Assembly (NCBI RefSeq): GCF_947632445.1
Contig: NZ_CANRPM010000011.1
Location: 1,593-65,592 of the forward strand
Length of the DNA stretch: 64,000 nt
Reading direction: 5' to 3'
Source of the DNA: an uncultured Bacteroides sp.
GTDB lineage: Bacteria; Bacteroidota; Bacteroidia; Bacteroidales; Bacteroidaceae
Shown here: positions 48,554 to 57,986 of the stretch, piece by piece
How the letters are laid out: each line of letters opens with the position of its first letter
How positions within the stretch are numbered: the stretch's first letter is position 1
Made by a program: the position numbers and the translations under genes
The notes under the pieces: generated by a model
The model's database searches: none
What the model was told of the DNA's origin: nothing
What the model saw: the letters and a program-made list of their open reading frames with translations, nothing else

Positions 48554-50074
48554 TCATTTTGGCACACTCCCATCATCCGACGCTTTCACCCAGTACCCGT
48601 TGCCGTACCGCGTATGCACCCTTCTTCCCATCTGCGCCAGCAGGTGACTGAACGCCGTGCACGAACAGCCCCTTAACGCTGCCGGGTTCTTCTTCTTCAA
48701 GGCGGCGTAGATGTCTGCCGCAGACATCAGATGCGCACCCTCCTCACTTGCTTCGGCAAACTCGAAGCAGCTGCCAATGAGTTCCTCGGCGGGCTTCACG
48801 CGGTAGAACGGACGGTTCGCCGCCTGGATTTCCGCCTCCTCCGCCTTGCTGAACCAGCAGCGTCCGCCGTTATTCAGCTCGTGCAGGAGCTGGGCGTACA
48901 GTTGGGCATGGTCGAGGGGAGTCGTACAGTCGATGGCCCGCTCCACTTCCACACAGATAAAACGTCGGCTGCCCGACAGGTCGGTCAGCAGGTCACGGCG
49001 GTTGCTCGTGCCGATGAACGAGGCGATTCTTGGCAAAGCCTCCGCCGAACGGCGGTAGGCACGGCGCACGCGCAGGTCTTCCATCTGCATCAGGTTCTTC
49101 AGCTGCGGCAGGCGGGAGGCAGGCAGGCGGTCGAACTCGTCGAGGTTGATCAAACCGTAGGACGCCAACTTGTTTTCCGCCGATGAGGCGTTGGTCAGGT
49201 CGAAGCTCTCGGTGAAATAGTCGCGCAACTCTTGGGGGAGCAGCATCCGGCAGAAGGTGGACTTGCCCAATCCCTGCGTGGTGCTGATGAGGAGCGGGGC
49301 CACACTGTTGGCACGACGGCCCCGGTCGCCCGTGCCTGTCCACTGGGCGGTGACGGCCAGCATCCAGCGGTGGAAGGAACGTATCCAAACCCCGTTGCCG
49401 GAGACCCGCTTTGCCAGGTCTTCCACCCGGTCCTTGCCGTCCCATTCAGGCAGGTGCTTGAAGTACAGGTCGAACGGATGGTAAGCCCTTACGTGGTCGG
49501 ATTCCACGTATCGCTTCACGTCCCTGTCCCAGCAATCCACTCCGTCCTCCATAGCACCGAGGGCGATGCCGTTCAGGACACGGCTATCCACGGGCGTATA
49601 AAGAAGGCGGTGCGAATCGTCCGCAGCCTCCGTGTCGAGGCGGGCGCACTCCGTGCGCTCCGTCAGCAGGTTGTAGCGGAAGGCGTAGTGCAGCTTCAGG
49701 TAGCGGGTCAGGCGCTGCATGATCCGGCGTTGCCTGGAGTCCTTCCGGTCGACGGCCTCTTCAGCTTGCTCCTTGTCTTTGTCTTTCAACGTATCCGTCT
49801 CCGGTTCGGCCTCTTCCTGCTCTATCCATTCCGTCACCTCGTTCCGCCCGTTCAGGCTGAAGATGCGCTTGTCGGGGCGGGGTGTCTGGGGCGTCCAGGT
49901 CAGTTGGACGGTGAACTCGCCGTCGCCCGTGACGAGGAAGACTTCGCCGCCCGGCAGGCGGCCGCAGTATTCGTTGAGGTTCGACAGAAGTTCCCTGTAG
50001 GAGTTGGCGGGAGCCGGCAGGGGCGCTTCCCGGCGGGAAGTGAACAGATCTCTTAGCTGGTAAATCAGGTTCAT
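48554..50074 (-). CDS. VirE/VapE-like P-loop ATPase with winged-helix-like C-terminus
   Basis: YAFRYNLLT, YHPF..YF..LP.WDG.DR, RWML, Walker A QGLGKSTFC, Walker B LINLDEFD, RRAY, SFIGTSN, TDLSGSRRF. Confidence 0.88.
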   Translation of the reverse strand: MNLIYQLRDLFTSRREAPLPAPANSYRELLSNLNEYCGRLPGGEVFLVTGDGEFTVQLTWTPQTPRPDKRIFSLNGRNEVTEWIEQEEAEPETDTLKDKDKEQAEEAVDRKDSRQRRIMQRLTRYLKLHYAFRYNLLTERTECARLDTEAADDSHRLLYTPVDSRVLNGIALGAMEDGVDCWDRDVKRYVESDHVRAYHPFDLYFKHLPEWDGKDRVEDLAKRVSGNGVWIRSFHRWMLAVTAQWTGTGDRGRRANSVAPLLISTTQGLGKSTFCRMLLPQELRDYFTESFDLTNASSAENKLASYGLINLDEFDRLPASRLPQLKNLMQMEDLRVRRAYRRSAEALPRIASFIGTSNRRDLLTDLSGSRRFICVEVERAIDCTTPLDHAQLYAQLLHELNNGGRCWFSKAEEAEIQAANRPFYRVKPAEELIGSCFEFAEASEEGAHLMSAADIYAALKKKNPAALRGCSCTAFSHLLAQMGRRVHTRYGNGYWVKASDDGSVPK

Positions 50075-50564
50075 AAGCGGATGCGGTTGGTTCTTATTTT
50101 TTCCTGTAAAGATACAACATTTTAAGGCCTTTGTCAAGTCCTCCGGCTGCGTCCGGGGCTGCCTTTAGCGTCTTTTATATCTTTCACCGGAAACAGGGGA
50201 TGTGCCCCGGTGAAGTTTCACCGGAACGGGCTGACTGTAAGCGGGTTGCGGTGAAAGCAGGAAACAAGCCGTTCGGGGCATCGCACACAAATGTTCTGCG
50301 GTATTCCCATTCTCCGTGAAAGAACTTTCACGCCTTCACCCCATCTTTCACACTATCTCGCTCGTTGACAGGCGTTTGCCGGCCCGTGAAACCGTGAAGG
50401 CGGAAAACGGGAAACTTTTTTTCTTGCCGCCTTGCCCGCCTTGCCCGCCTGCTTCAGCGGAATCATGTGATGCGGAAGGTCGTATTTTCTGAAGGGAAAC
50501 ATAGAGTTCCGGGCAAAAGCGGGACAGTTTCGGGAGGGAACCGGGCCGCCTTTTTCCGGGTTCC

Positions 50565-50665
50565 CATGCAGTGCTTCATGAGAAGGTAACGAAGCACTTC
50601 GTCAGGGTGCCATGCAATGCTTTGTCCGAGTGTCAGGAAGTGCTTTGTCGGCAGGCATGAAAGCA
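50565..50665. repeat. Degenerate ~23-bp periodic array upstream of virE
   Basis: Cores agtgcttc (50570), agcacttc (50593), aatgcttt (50616), agtgcttt (50639). Confidence 0.55.
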
Positions 50666-50985
50666 CGTCGTTGGCGTGCGCCTGCCGGCTTCTTCACGGA
50701 CAGAACATGGTGAAATATTGTTAGTTTGATGCGTAATGTTGACAGCTACAGAAGTTTGCCATTTCAAAATGGCTACGACATTGTTTTAACAGGAGCTTAT
50801 CCCGGACTCACATTAAATAATATTTCGATAAAATATGATAGCGTTTACTTTGATATATCAAAAGATGTGCATATTTTTGTGCATAATTGTGAATTGTGTA
50901 ACAAACAAAACACTGTAAATAATTTTAAAGAGGAAAAAGAAAGAGATATTGACATATTAAAATAAGGCGTTAGCATTTATTCTGT

Positions 50986-51135
50986 GATTCTGAAACTTCG
51001 ACACTTTCAAAAAATCACTCTACGGAATAAAGTTGATGCTCACGTGTTATACACGTGGGCTTTATTCCATATATTGAGTGATAGGTAGTCGAAGACCTCA
51101 GAATCAGTATCGGAAATAGTCCACGTTTTTTGTAT
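50986..51135 (+). ncRNA. Structured 5' leader upstream of the type III R-M operon
   Basis: Nested IRs GATTCTGA..CTTCGAC / GTCGAAG..TCAGAATC; ATCACTC / GAGTGAT; GGAATAAAG / CTTTATTCC; CTCACGTGT-TAT-ACACGTGGG; tail GTCCACGTTTTTTGTAT. Confidence 0.6.
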
Positions 51136-51179
51136 CTGTACTTATCGGGATAAATGCTATCGCGCAATAAATCCCGACC

Positions 51180-53783
51180 ATGAACACTAATCCATTCCAA
51201 ATTCTTACGCCGCAGGAGCGATGGCGACCGGAAAACGCCGACAGTGCCACAGCCCCACTTGTAGAGAAAATCCGTGTGGCGGTTGCCGAATGGCGCAAAG
51301 CGGGTTATCCGCACACGAGCGAAACATCGTTGGCATTGCTTCGCTTTTGGTTCGACACGCCGCATCCCGATAATTTCCGATTCTTTTTCTCGCAGCGGGA
51401 AGCCATTGAGAGCATCATCTATCTTTACGAGGCTGCCGAAGCCCGCGACAAATACCAACTGATTGCACAATTCGATTCGAGCGGCGAACTTACGCCCGAT
51501 GCCTTTGATGAGAACTGGACGCGGTATGTAGTGAAAATGGCGACGGGTGCGGGAAAGACGAAAGTCGCCGCGTTGGTTATCGTATGGTCTTATTTCCATA
51601 AGTTGTACGAACCCGACAGCATCCTGTCAAAAAATTTCCTGTTTATCGCTCCGAATATCATTGTCTTTAATCGGCTGCTCAAAGATTTCGAGGGTCTGCG
51701 AATGTTCTTTGACGAACCGTTCCTGCCCGACGATGACTATTGCGACCGCTATTGGCGTAGCGATTTTCAGCCGACACTTCATTTGCAGGACGATGTTCAT
51801 GGCATATCCGAATCGGGCAACATATTTCTAACGAATATACACCGCGTCTATGTGTCAGACCCTGCAAGGTTGTCGGTCGAGGAAACCTTTTTAGGCATCA
51901 AGCCAAAACCCGACGCAGATACCGCCAGCGGAATAGATTTGGGCAAGTTGCTCCGCAGCGGTCAGATAAAGGATTTAGTTGTCGTGAATGATGAGGCGCA
52001 CCACATCCACGATGAGGACTTGCAATGGCACAAGTGTATCAGCGACATACACAACCGCCTCAAATTGAGATACGGCAACGGGCTTTCTTTGCAGGCGGAT
52101 TTCACGGCAACCCCGAAACATGCCAATGGCGCAATCTTCGTGCAGACGATATGCGACTATCCGCTGGTCGAGGCTATTCGGCAGCAGGTTGTCAAGTCAC
52201 CGACCCTGCCCGATGAGGCTTCACGCCTGAAATTGGAGACACAGGATAGTGTCGAATTTGTGGAGCGTTATCGCAGTTTTATCGAGCTGGGTGTGGTGGA
52301 GTGGAAAAAGCAATACGACGCCCTCAACGGCGTAAAGAAACCCGTGCTGTTCATAATGACGACCAACACAAGGGAGGCGGATGCCGTAGCCGATTTCCTG
52401 CAACGCGAATATACTTTCCTCAACAATGCCGTACTGACGATTCACACCAACAAGAACGGCGATGTGGTCGATTCGGGCAAAAGGGATAAAGAGGAATTGA
52501 TGATGCTCCGCACGGCTGCCGATGAGATAGACAGGGACACTTCACGATACAAGGTCATCGTTTCGGTGTTGATGCTCCGCGAGGGCTGGGATGTGCGGAA
52601 TGTTACGACGATTGTCGGTTTGCGACCGTTCAAGGCGAAATCGAATATCCTGCCCGAACAGACCATAGGGCGCGGTCTGCGCAAGATGTTCGACCTCAAC
52701 ACGCCCGAAGAATTGGTGGTTATCGGCACACGGGAGTTTTTGGAGTTTGTAGAAACACTCAAAGATGAGGGTGTAGAGTTTGAATATGCACCTATGGGCG
52801 CAGATACACAGGTAAAGGGTAATATCAGCGTGTCGATCGATAAAGATAAAGATGCCGATGCACTCGATATTCGGATTCCGCAGATGCGCCCAAAGATAAT
52901 CCGTGAACAAAAGAACCTCGCAGAGTTGAACGTCGCAGATTTTGAGAGCGAACAGGCTCCGTTTAGGCACTATTCCGACGATGAGATAAAAGAGATTGTA
53001 TATCGAGATATAGAGGGCAAAATCACGCATACGACAATTTTCAGCCATAGCCATACTCCCGACTATCGCAATGTACTGACGGCTATTACGCATTCGATTC
53101 TGCGCGAAGCCCGCCTGCTGAACGGACACCATATTCTCTATCCGAAAGTCGAAAGTTTCATTAAGTATCGGCTATGGGGCAGGGAGGTCGTTTTGTCTGA
53201 TCCGCAGACGCTCCGCAATCTGTCTGAGGCAACGGCTATCCGCATTGTTTACGAAACATTCAAAAAGGCTATCTCCCGTCTCACTATCGTAGAACGTACA
53301 GATATGACAAATCGCGGCTATGCCTCTGTTGCAAAGAGCCGTCCGATTGTCGTCAAGCACCAACCCTATATAGCCGCGCCAAAAAAATCGCTCTTTGACA
53401 AGGTTATCGGGGACAGCGAATACGAATTGCAGTTTGCGGCGGCAATGGAAAAATGGGGAGATGTGGTAGCCTATGCAAAGAATACGGAAACAGGTGTGGG
53501 TTTCAGCATCGAATATCAGAACTCGGAGGGGCGGATAGCTGCCTACTACACCGATTTTTTAGTCCGATGCAGCAACGGTCGATGCTATGCCGTCGAACTG
53601 AAAGGCGTTGAGGATGAAGATGTCCGATTGAAGCGGGAACGGTTGCGACAATGGTGTGTAGATGTAAATAGGGTACAAGAGCAGCAATGGTCGTCGCTCT
53701 ATATTCTGCAAAAAGAATGGGATAAGTACCGCGACAAACTGCGGACTTTTGCCGATGTCGTAGAACTGTTTGAAGTAAAATAA
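51180..53783 (+). CDS. res: Type III restriction endonuclease Res subunit
   Basis: KMATGAGKT, NDEAHH, TATP, MLREGWD, QTIGRGLR, C-terminal PD-(D/E)xK YYTDFLV...VELKG. Confidence 0.9.
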   Translation: MNTNPFQILTPQERWRPENADSATAPLVEKIRVAVAEWRKAGYPHTSETSLALLRFWFDTPHPDNFRFFFSQREAIESIIYLYEAAEARDKYQLIAQFDSSGELTPDAFDENWTRYVVKMATGAGKTKVAALVIVWSYFHKLYEPDSILSKNFLFIAPNIIVFNRLLKDFEGLRMFFDEPFLPDDDYCDRYWRSDFQPTLHLQDDVHGISESGNIFLTNIHRVYVSDPARLSVEETFLGIKPKPDADTASGIDLGKLLRSGQIKDLVVVNDEAHHIHDEDLQWHKCISDIHNRLKLRYGNGLSLQADFTATPKHANGAIFVQTICDYPLVEAIRQQVVKSPTLPDEASRLKLETQDSVEFVERYRSFIELGVVEWKKQYDALNGVKKPVLFIMTTNTREADAVADFLQREYTFLNNAVLTIHTNKNGDVVDSGKRDKEELMMLRTAADEIDRDTSRYKVIVSVLMLREGWDVRNVTTIVGLRPFKAKSNILPEQTIGRGLRKMFDLNTPEELVVIGTREFLEFVETLKDEGVEFEYAPMGADTQVKGNISVSIDKDKDADALDIRIPQMRPKIIREQKNLAELNVADFESEQAPFRHYSDDEIKEIVYRDIEGKITHTTIFSHSHTPDYRNVLTAITHSILREARLLNGHHILYPKVESFIKYRLWGREVVLSDPQTLRNLSEATAIRIVYETFKKAISRLTIVERTDMTNRGYASVAKSRPIVVKHQPYIAAPKKSLFDKVIGDSEYELQFAAAMEKWGDVVAYAKNTETGVGFSIEYQNSEGRIAAYYTDFLVRCSNGRCYAVELKGVEDEDVRLKRERLRQWCVDVNRVQEQQWSSLYILQKEWDKYRDKLRTFADVVELFEVK

Positions 53784-53812
53784 TTTATGTAAGATTAAAC
53801 GATTATACCATT

Positions 53813-55861
53813 ATGGCTGATATTAGAAAAAACGAGATGATAGAACTTATCCGACAGGGTAAGAAGTTGGACAAGTCGATGATATACGACCTTTTTGCGG
53901 GGGACGATGAGGAAGTGTTCCTGTTTTGGAATGGACGCAACGAGCAGGTGACGAATGTTGCGCTGCCGTTTCACAGCATCGAACAAATCGACGAACCGCG
54001 AGCCGAACACAATGCGGAACTTGCGATATTCGATACCCGGGGACGCCAACTCAAAGGCTGGACGAACAAACTGATATGGGGCGACAACAAATTGGTCGTC
54101 TCCTCGTTGCTGAACGGTCCGATGCGCCGTGCGATAGAGGCTGTCGGCGGAATGAAACTGGTTTATATCGACCCGCCGTTTGCCGTCGGATCGGACTTCG
54201 GCTTCGATATTGCCATAGGCAATGACAGCGTAACCAAGAAACAGAGCGTTATCGAAGAAATTGCCTATCGGGACACGTGGGGACGGGGTATTTCCTCTTA
54301 CTTGTCAATGATGTACGAGCGCTTGCGCCTGATTCACGACTTGTTAGCAGATGACGGCTCAATCTATGTGCATTGTGACTGGCGGGTTTCAAGTGTTTTG
54401 CGGTTAATGTTGGATGATGTCTTCGGAAAAGGTAATTTTAGAAATGAAATAGTATGGTGCTACACAGGCCCTCAAAGGTCAAGAAATTGTTTCCCTAAAA
54501 AGCACGATTCTATACTATTTTACTCAAAATCCATAGAATCAATATTTAATCCTCAACGGGTTAAGCATAAATCGGGACTCCATGGAGTCGGAGGATTCGG
54601 ATTTAAGGGTTCAGATACAGCAAATACAGTACTGAAGGAATTAGAAGAGAAAGGGAAATTATTAGAAGATTGGTGGCCTGATATTTCAACAGTTGGTCGT
54701 CTAATAAATGAATTTGAGGGTTATCCAACACAAAAACCTGAAGCCCTGTTAGAGCGCATTATCAAGGCATCGAGCAACGAGGGCGATTTGGTCGGCGATT
54801 TCTTTTGCGGAAGCGGCACAACTGCTGCCGTCGCCGAAAAACTCAACCGCAAATGGATTGCTTGCGACTTGGGACGTTTTGCCATACATACTACTCGCAA
54901 ACGACTTATCGGCGTACAGCGCGAACGCTGCAAGGCGGGTCAGGACTATCGCGCATTCGAGGTGCTGAACCTCGGCAAATACGAACGGCAGTTCTTTATG
55001 GATGATATGTGTAGGTCTATTGGAAATATCCGTAATGAAGAGCAATATATCAATCTGATTCTCGAAGCCTACAAGGCGAAACGCATCGACAACACACCCC
55101 TGTTGCATGGCGTGAAGGGCGACCGCTTCGTGCATATCGGTGCGTTGGATATGCCCGTAACGCAAACCCGCCTTGACGACCTGTTCGAGGAATGCCGCAA
55201 GCAAATGGTGACGGCGGTCGATGTGCTCGGCTTCGAGTTCGAAATGGGACTTACCCCGCAATATATCCAGAAATTAAAGGAGCAGGGTGTCGATTTCAGG
55301 CTGAAATATATCCCGCGCGATGTGTTCGACCGTCGGGCCGTAGAACGGAACCAGGTGCATTTTTACGATGTCGCCTATCTCAATGCACAATGCAAGGTCG
55401 TCGGTCGCCGGCTGACCGTAAGCCTGTCGGATTTCGTTTCCAACTACACGCAGGACGATTTGGACGACGTCGAGGTCAAGGCAGGGAAGTCGCGTATCGT
55501 TATCGACGGCGGCATGATTATCAAAAAAGAAGTCAGCAAAGAGGGCATCTTGAGCGAACAGATATTGACGGAGAATTGGCACGACTGGGTCGATTACTGG
55601 GCTATCGACTACAACTACGAGGACAAGCGCGAAATTATCTGCACTACGGACAAGGAGACGGGCGAGGTACATGAGAAGTGGACGGGCAACTACATCTTTG
55701 AGAACGAATGGCAGAGTTTCCGCACGAAGCAGTCGCCGACGCTCGAACTGACCGCTCCGTCGCACCAGTACGACCGTCCGGGCCGTTATAAAATCATGGT
55801 GAAAGTCGTGGATATTCTCGGCATTGATACCAGCAAAGTGATAGAAATCGTAATACCGTAA
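53813..55861 (+). CDS. mod: Type III modification methyltransferase (beta class) with long C-terminal extension
   Basis: LIWGDN, VYIDPPF, GSIYVHCD, YPTQKPEALLERII, DFFCGSGTT. Confidence 0.92.
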   Translation: MADIRKNEMIELIRQGKKLDKSMIYDLFAGDDEEVFLFWNGRNEQVTNVALPFHSIEQIDEPRAEHNAELAIFDTRGRQLKGWTNKLIWGDNKLVVSSLLNGPMRRAIEAVGGMKLVYIDPPFAVGSDFGFDIAIGNDSVTKKQSVIEEIAYRDTWGRGISSYLSMMYERLRLIHDLLADDGSIYVHCDWRVSSVLRLMLDDVFGKGNFRNEIVWCYTGPQRSRNCFPKKHDSILFYSKSIESIFNPQRVKHKSGLHGVGGFGFKGSDTANTVLKELEEKGKLLEDWWPDISTVGRLINEFEGYPTQKPEALLERIIKASSNEGDLVGDFFCGSGTTAAVAEKLNRKWIACDLGRFAIHTTRKRLIGVQRERCKAGQDYRAFEVLNLGKYERQFFMDDMCRSIGNIRNEEQYINLILEAYKAKRIDNTPLLHGVKGDRFVHIGALDMPVTQTRLDDLFEECRKQMVTAVDVLGFEFEMGLTPQYIQKLKEQGVDFRLKYIPRDVFDRRAVERNQVHFYDVAYLNAQCKVVGRRLTVSLSDFVSNYTQDDLDDVEVKAGKSRIVIDGGMIIKKEVSKEGILSEQILTENWHDWVDYWAIDYNYEDKREIICTTDKETGEVHEKWTGNYIFENEWQSFRTKQSPTLELTAPSHQYDRPGRYKIMVKVVDILGIDTSKVIEIVIP

Positions 55862-55998
55862 AGCAATGAACAAACAGGAAGAGAAAATGTGGGTGATAGT
55901 GACGGATTGTACTGTTCGTGGGATTATATCAACCGTTTATGGATAATATCTAAAATGTTTTTAGTATATTTGCTGTATAATAACAAAACCTGTTTATT

Positions 55999-56280
55999 AT
56001 GATAAGAAATGCCTGGACAGATGAGGAAATGATTTCAACTAATGGGATTTGTCTTTCTCCTTTGTATGACAAAGCCTTTGATAAGGGTTATATTGGCATA
56101 CGGCCGGATGATTATACGGTAATAATATCAAAAGAGTTGAAAAATTATAAAAAACACCTTTCTTATCAAAATTGCTTTGCGCCAATTGAAGATAAGCCAA
56201 TTATGCTTCCAAACAAACATAACCCCAACCCTGAATTTTTAGCATATCATATTGAGCACATATTTGTAAAACATAATTAG
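55999..56280 (+). pseudogene. HNH endonuclease with large in-frame internal deletion
   Basis: N-terminal MIRNAWTDEE fused directly to the C-terminal NGICLSPLYDKAFDKGYI...LPNKHNPNPEFLAYHIEHIF; TATATTTG promoter retained. Confidence 0.7.
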
Positions 56281-56440
56281 TTAATAATCATTTGCGCCAA
56301 ATAAGGGTTGTTGCGATGATAAGTTGTTATTAGCGATGCAGATAAACAATGGTCTTGTCAAGATTGTTGAGAAGGCAGAAGATAGGGTTATGTTATACCA
56401 TAATTGATTCTTAATTTAATTAGTCGCAATGGAGTAGCGT

Positions 56441-57622
56441 ATGAATGAAGATAGAAAAACAATAACCGATTTTGACGAGTATATCCGCCAGGGAGAGCCG
56501 GAGAAAAGGGAAAAGGCGTATATCTGGCAGACTGCCATAGGTCTGCAGGCTGTTGATGGGCTTACGACTTCTGATTACCTCAATGAAACAGCCAAAAGGC
56601 ACATTGAGGGAGAAATCGACATTGATGAAGTTCGTGAACTCATAAAGACTTATTACCGGTCAAAGTCCAACCGGGAGCCTGATGATGATGAGAAACGAGA
56701 GGCTGACGGGGTATCAGCGAATATATCCAAAATCCTGTCAAATCGTACACTGGATTTCAGTACCCAGGGATACATTGCGCTACATCGCCGAATCTTTGCC
56801 GGCATATTCAAGCATGCAGGCAGAGTTCGTGACTACAATATCACGAAAAAAGAGTGGGTGCTGGAGAATGAAACGGTAAACTATCTGAATTGGGAGGATT
56901 TGCGCAGGGCATTGGACTATGACATTGAACAGGAGCGCAATTTCAGCTATAAAGGCATTACCGCCGATGCCATGATTTCCCACATTACCCGTTTCGTATC
57001 GGGTCTTTGGCAGATTCATGCGTTTGGGGAAGGAAATACCCGCACGACGGCGGTATTCACGATTCAGTATCTCCGCTCCATTGGATTCGACATCACCAAC
57101 GATATGTTTGCAAAACACTCGTGGTACTTTCGAAATGCACTGGTGCGCGCAAACTACAAGAACGCTTTGAAAGGCATAGACTATACTCCTATTTATTTGG
57201 AGCGATTCTTCCGCAATCTGCTGTTGGGTGAAAAATGGGATTTGCGCAATCGTTATCTGCATATAAACCCGACGGAAGAATGGAAAGTTCAACCGAATCT
57301 TGCTGACAGGACAAGTGCAGGACAAGCGCAGGACAAGTGCGCGGCAATTGATGATACACTGCAGGACAAGCTGCATACAAACAACCCGAATATTGAAAAA
57401 TTGGTGCGAATGCTTGGTGAACAGCAAATGTCTGTAAAACAGATAATGGAAGCACTTGGATTGAAAGGGCGCGATAACTTCCTTAATCTCTACTTGAAGC
57501 CATCCATATCTAAAGGCTATGTACGTTTGCTGTACCCTGACTCACCGCGCCATTCACGCCAGAAATATCTTCTGACAGTCAAAGGGCTGGCACTTTATCT
57601 GGAAATAATTGGCAAACAATAA
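56441..57622 (+). CDS. Fic-family protein with VbhA-like N-terminal antitoxin domain and C-terminal HTH
   Basis: WQTAIGLQAVDGL N-domain; Fic motif HAFGEGNTRT; C-terminal LGLKGRDNF...P.SPRHSRQKY. Confidence 0.9.
   Translation: MNEDRKTITDFDEYIRQGEPEKREKAYIWQTAIGLQAVDGLTTSDYLNETAKRHIEGEIDIDEVRELIKTYYRSKSNREPDDDEKREADGVSANISKILSNRTLDFSTQGYIALHRRIFAGIFKHAGRVRDYNITKKEWVLENETVNYLNWEDLRRALDYDIEQERNFSYKGITADAMISHITRFVSGLWQIHAFGEGNTRTTAVFTIQYLRSIGFDITNDMFAKHSWYFRNALVRANYKNALKGIDYTPIYLERFFRNLLLGEKWDLRNRYLHINPTEEWKVQPNLADRTSAGQAQDKCAAIDDTLQDKLHTNNPNIEKLVRMLGEQQMSVKQIMEALGLKGRDNFLNLYLKPSISKGYVRLLYPDSPRHSRQKYLLTVKGLALYLEIIGKQ
57307..57339 (+). repeat. Three tandem 11-bp units CAGGACAAG(T/C)G inside the Fic gene
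   Basis: Units at 57307, 57318, 57329; a fourth copy at 57362. Confidence 0.85.
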
Positions 57623-57724
57623 TATCATTAATCATGAGGAAGCAAGATACGTTTCAAAATGGCTACTGTTGATGATGGCTTTGCCAACTTTGTACCGATA
57701 ATCACGCAAAGTATTCGCACAATA

Positions 57725-57907
57725 TCGAGAACCTTTTTGACAGGGGCATACATCTTGTACACGGGCTGAGGGCAAACATGAAGAACAGGCTCATGTCCAT
57801 GTGGAGAAATCATGCTAAGGAAGAGGTGCATCATAGAGTGTATCGACGACCTGCTGAAGAACAAGGCCGACATCGTACATTCAAGGCACAGATTAATACA
57901 CAATTTC
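57725..57907 (+). mobile_element. IS982-family transposase C-terminal remnant, frameshifted
   Basis: ENLFDRGIHLVHGLRANMKNRLMSMW then, in another frame, MLRKRCIIECIDDLLKNKADIVHSRHRLIHNF. Confidence 0.8.
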
Positions 57908-57986
57908 GGCCTGATATGCAAAAGGGAGGATATATCTAATAATGCCTTGCTATGTATTAAATGTGACGGGGTTAGCTCTCCTTGTT

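Noticed and set aside
50726-50965. 79-aa AT-rich ORF before the R-M leader
   Set aside because: No recognisable motif or promoter; possibly a gene remnant, not supportable.
53813-55861. Phase-variable mod (phasevarion)
   Set aside because: No simple-sequence repeat tract seen in the gene or promoter.
55866-55946. 26-codon ORF after mod
   Set aside because: Too short, no supporting features.
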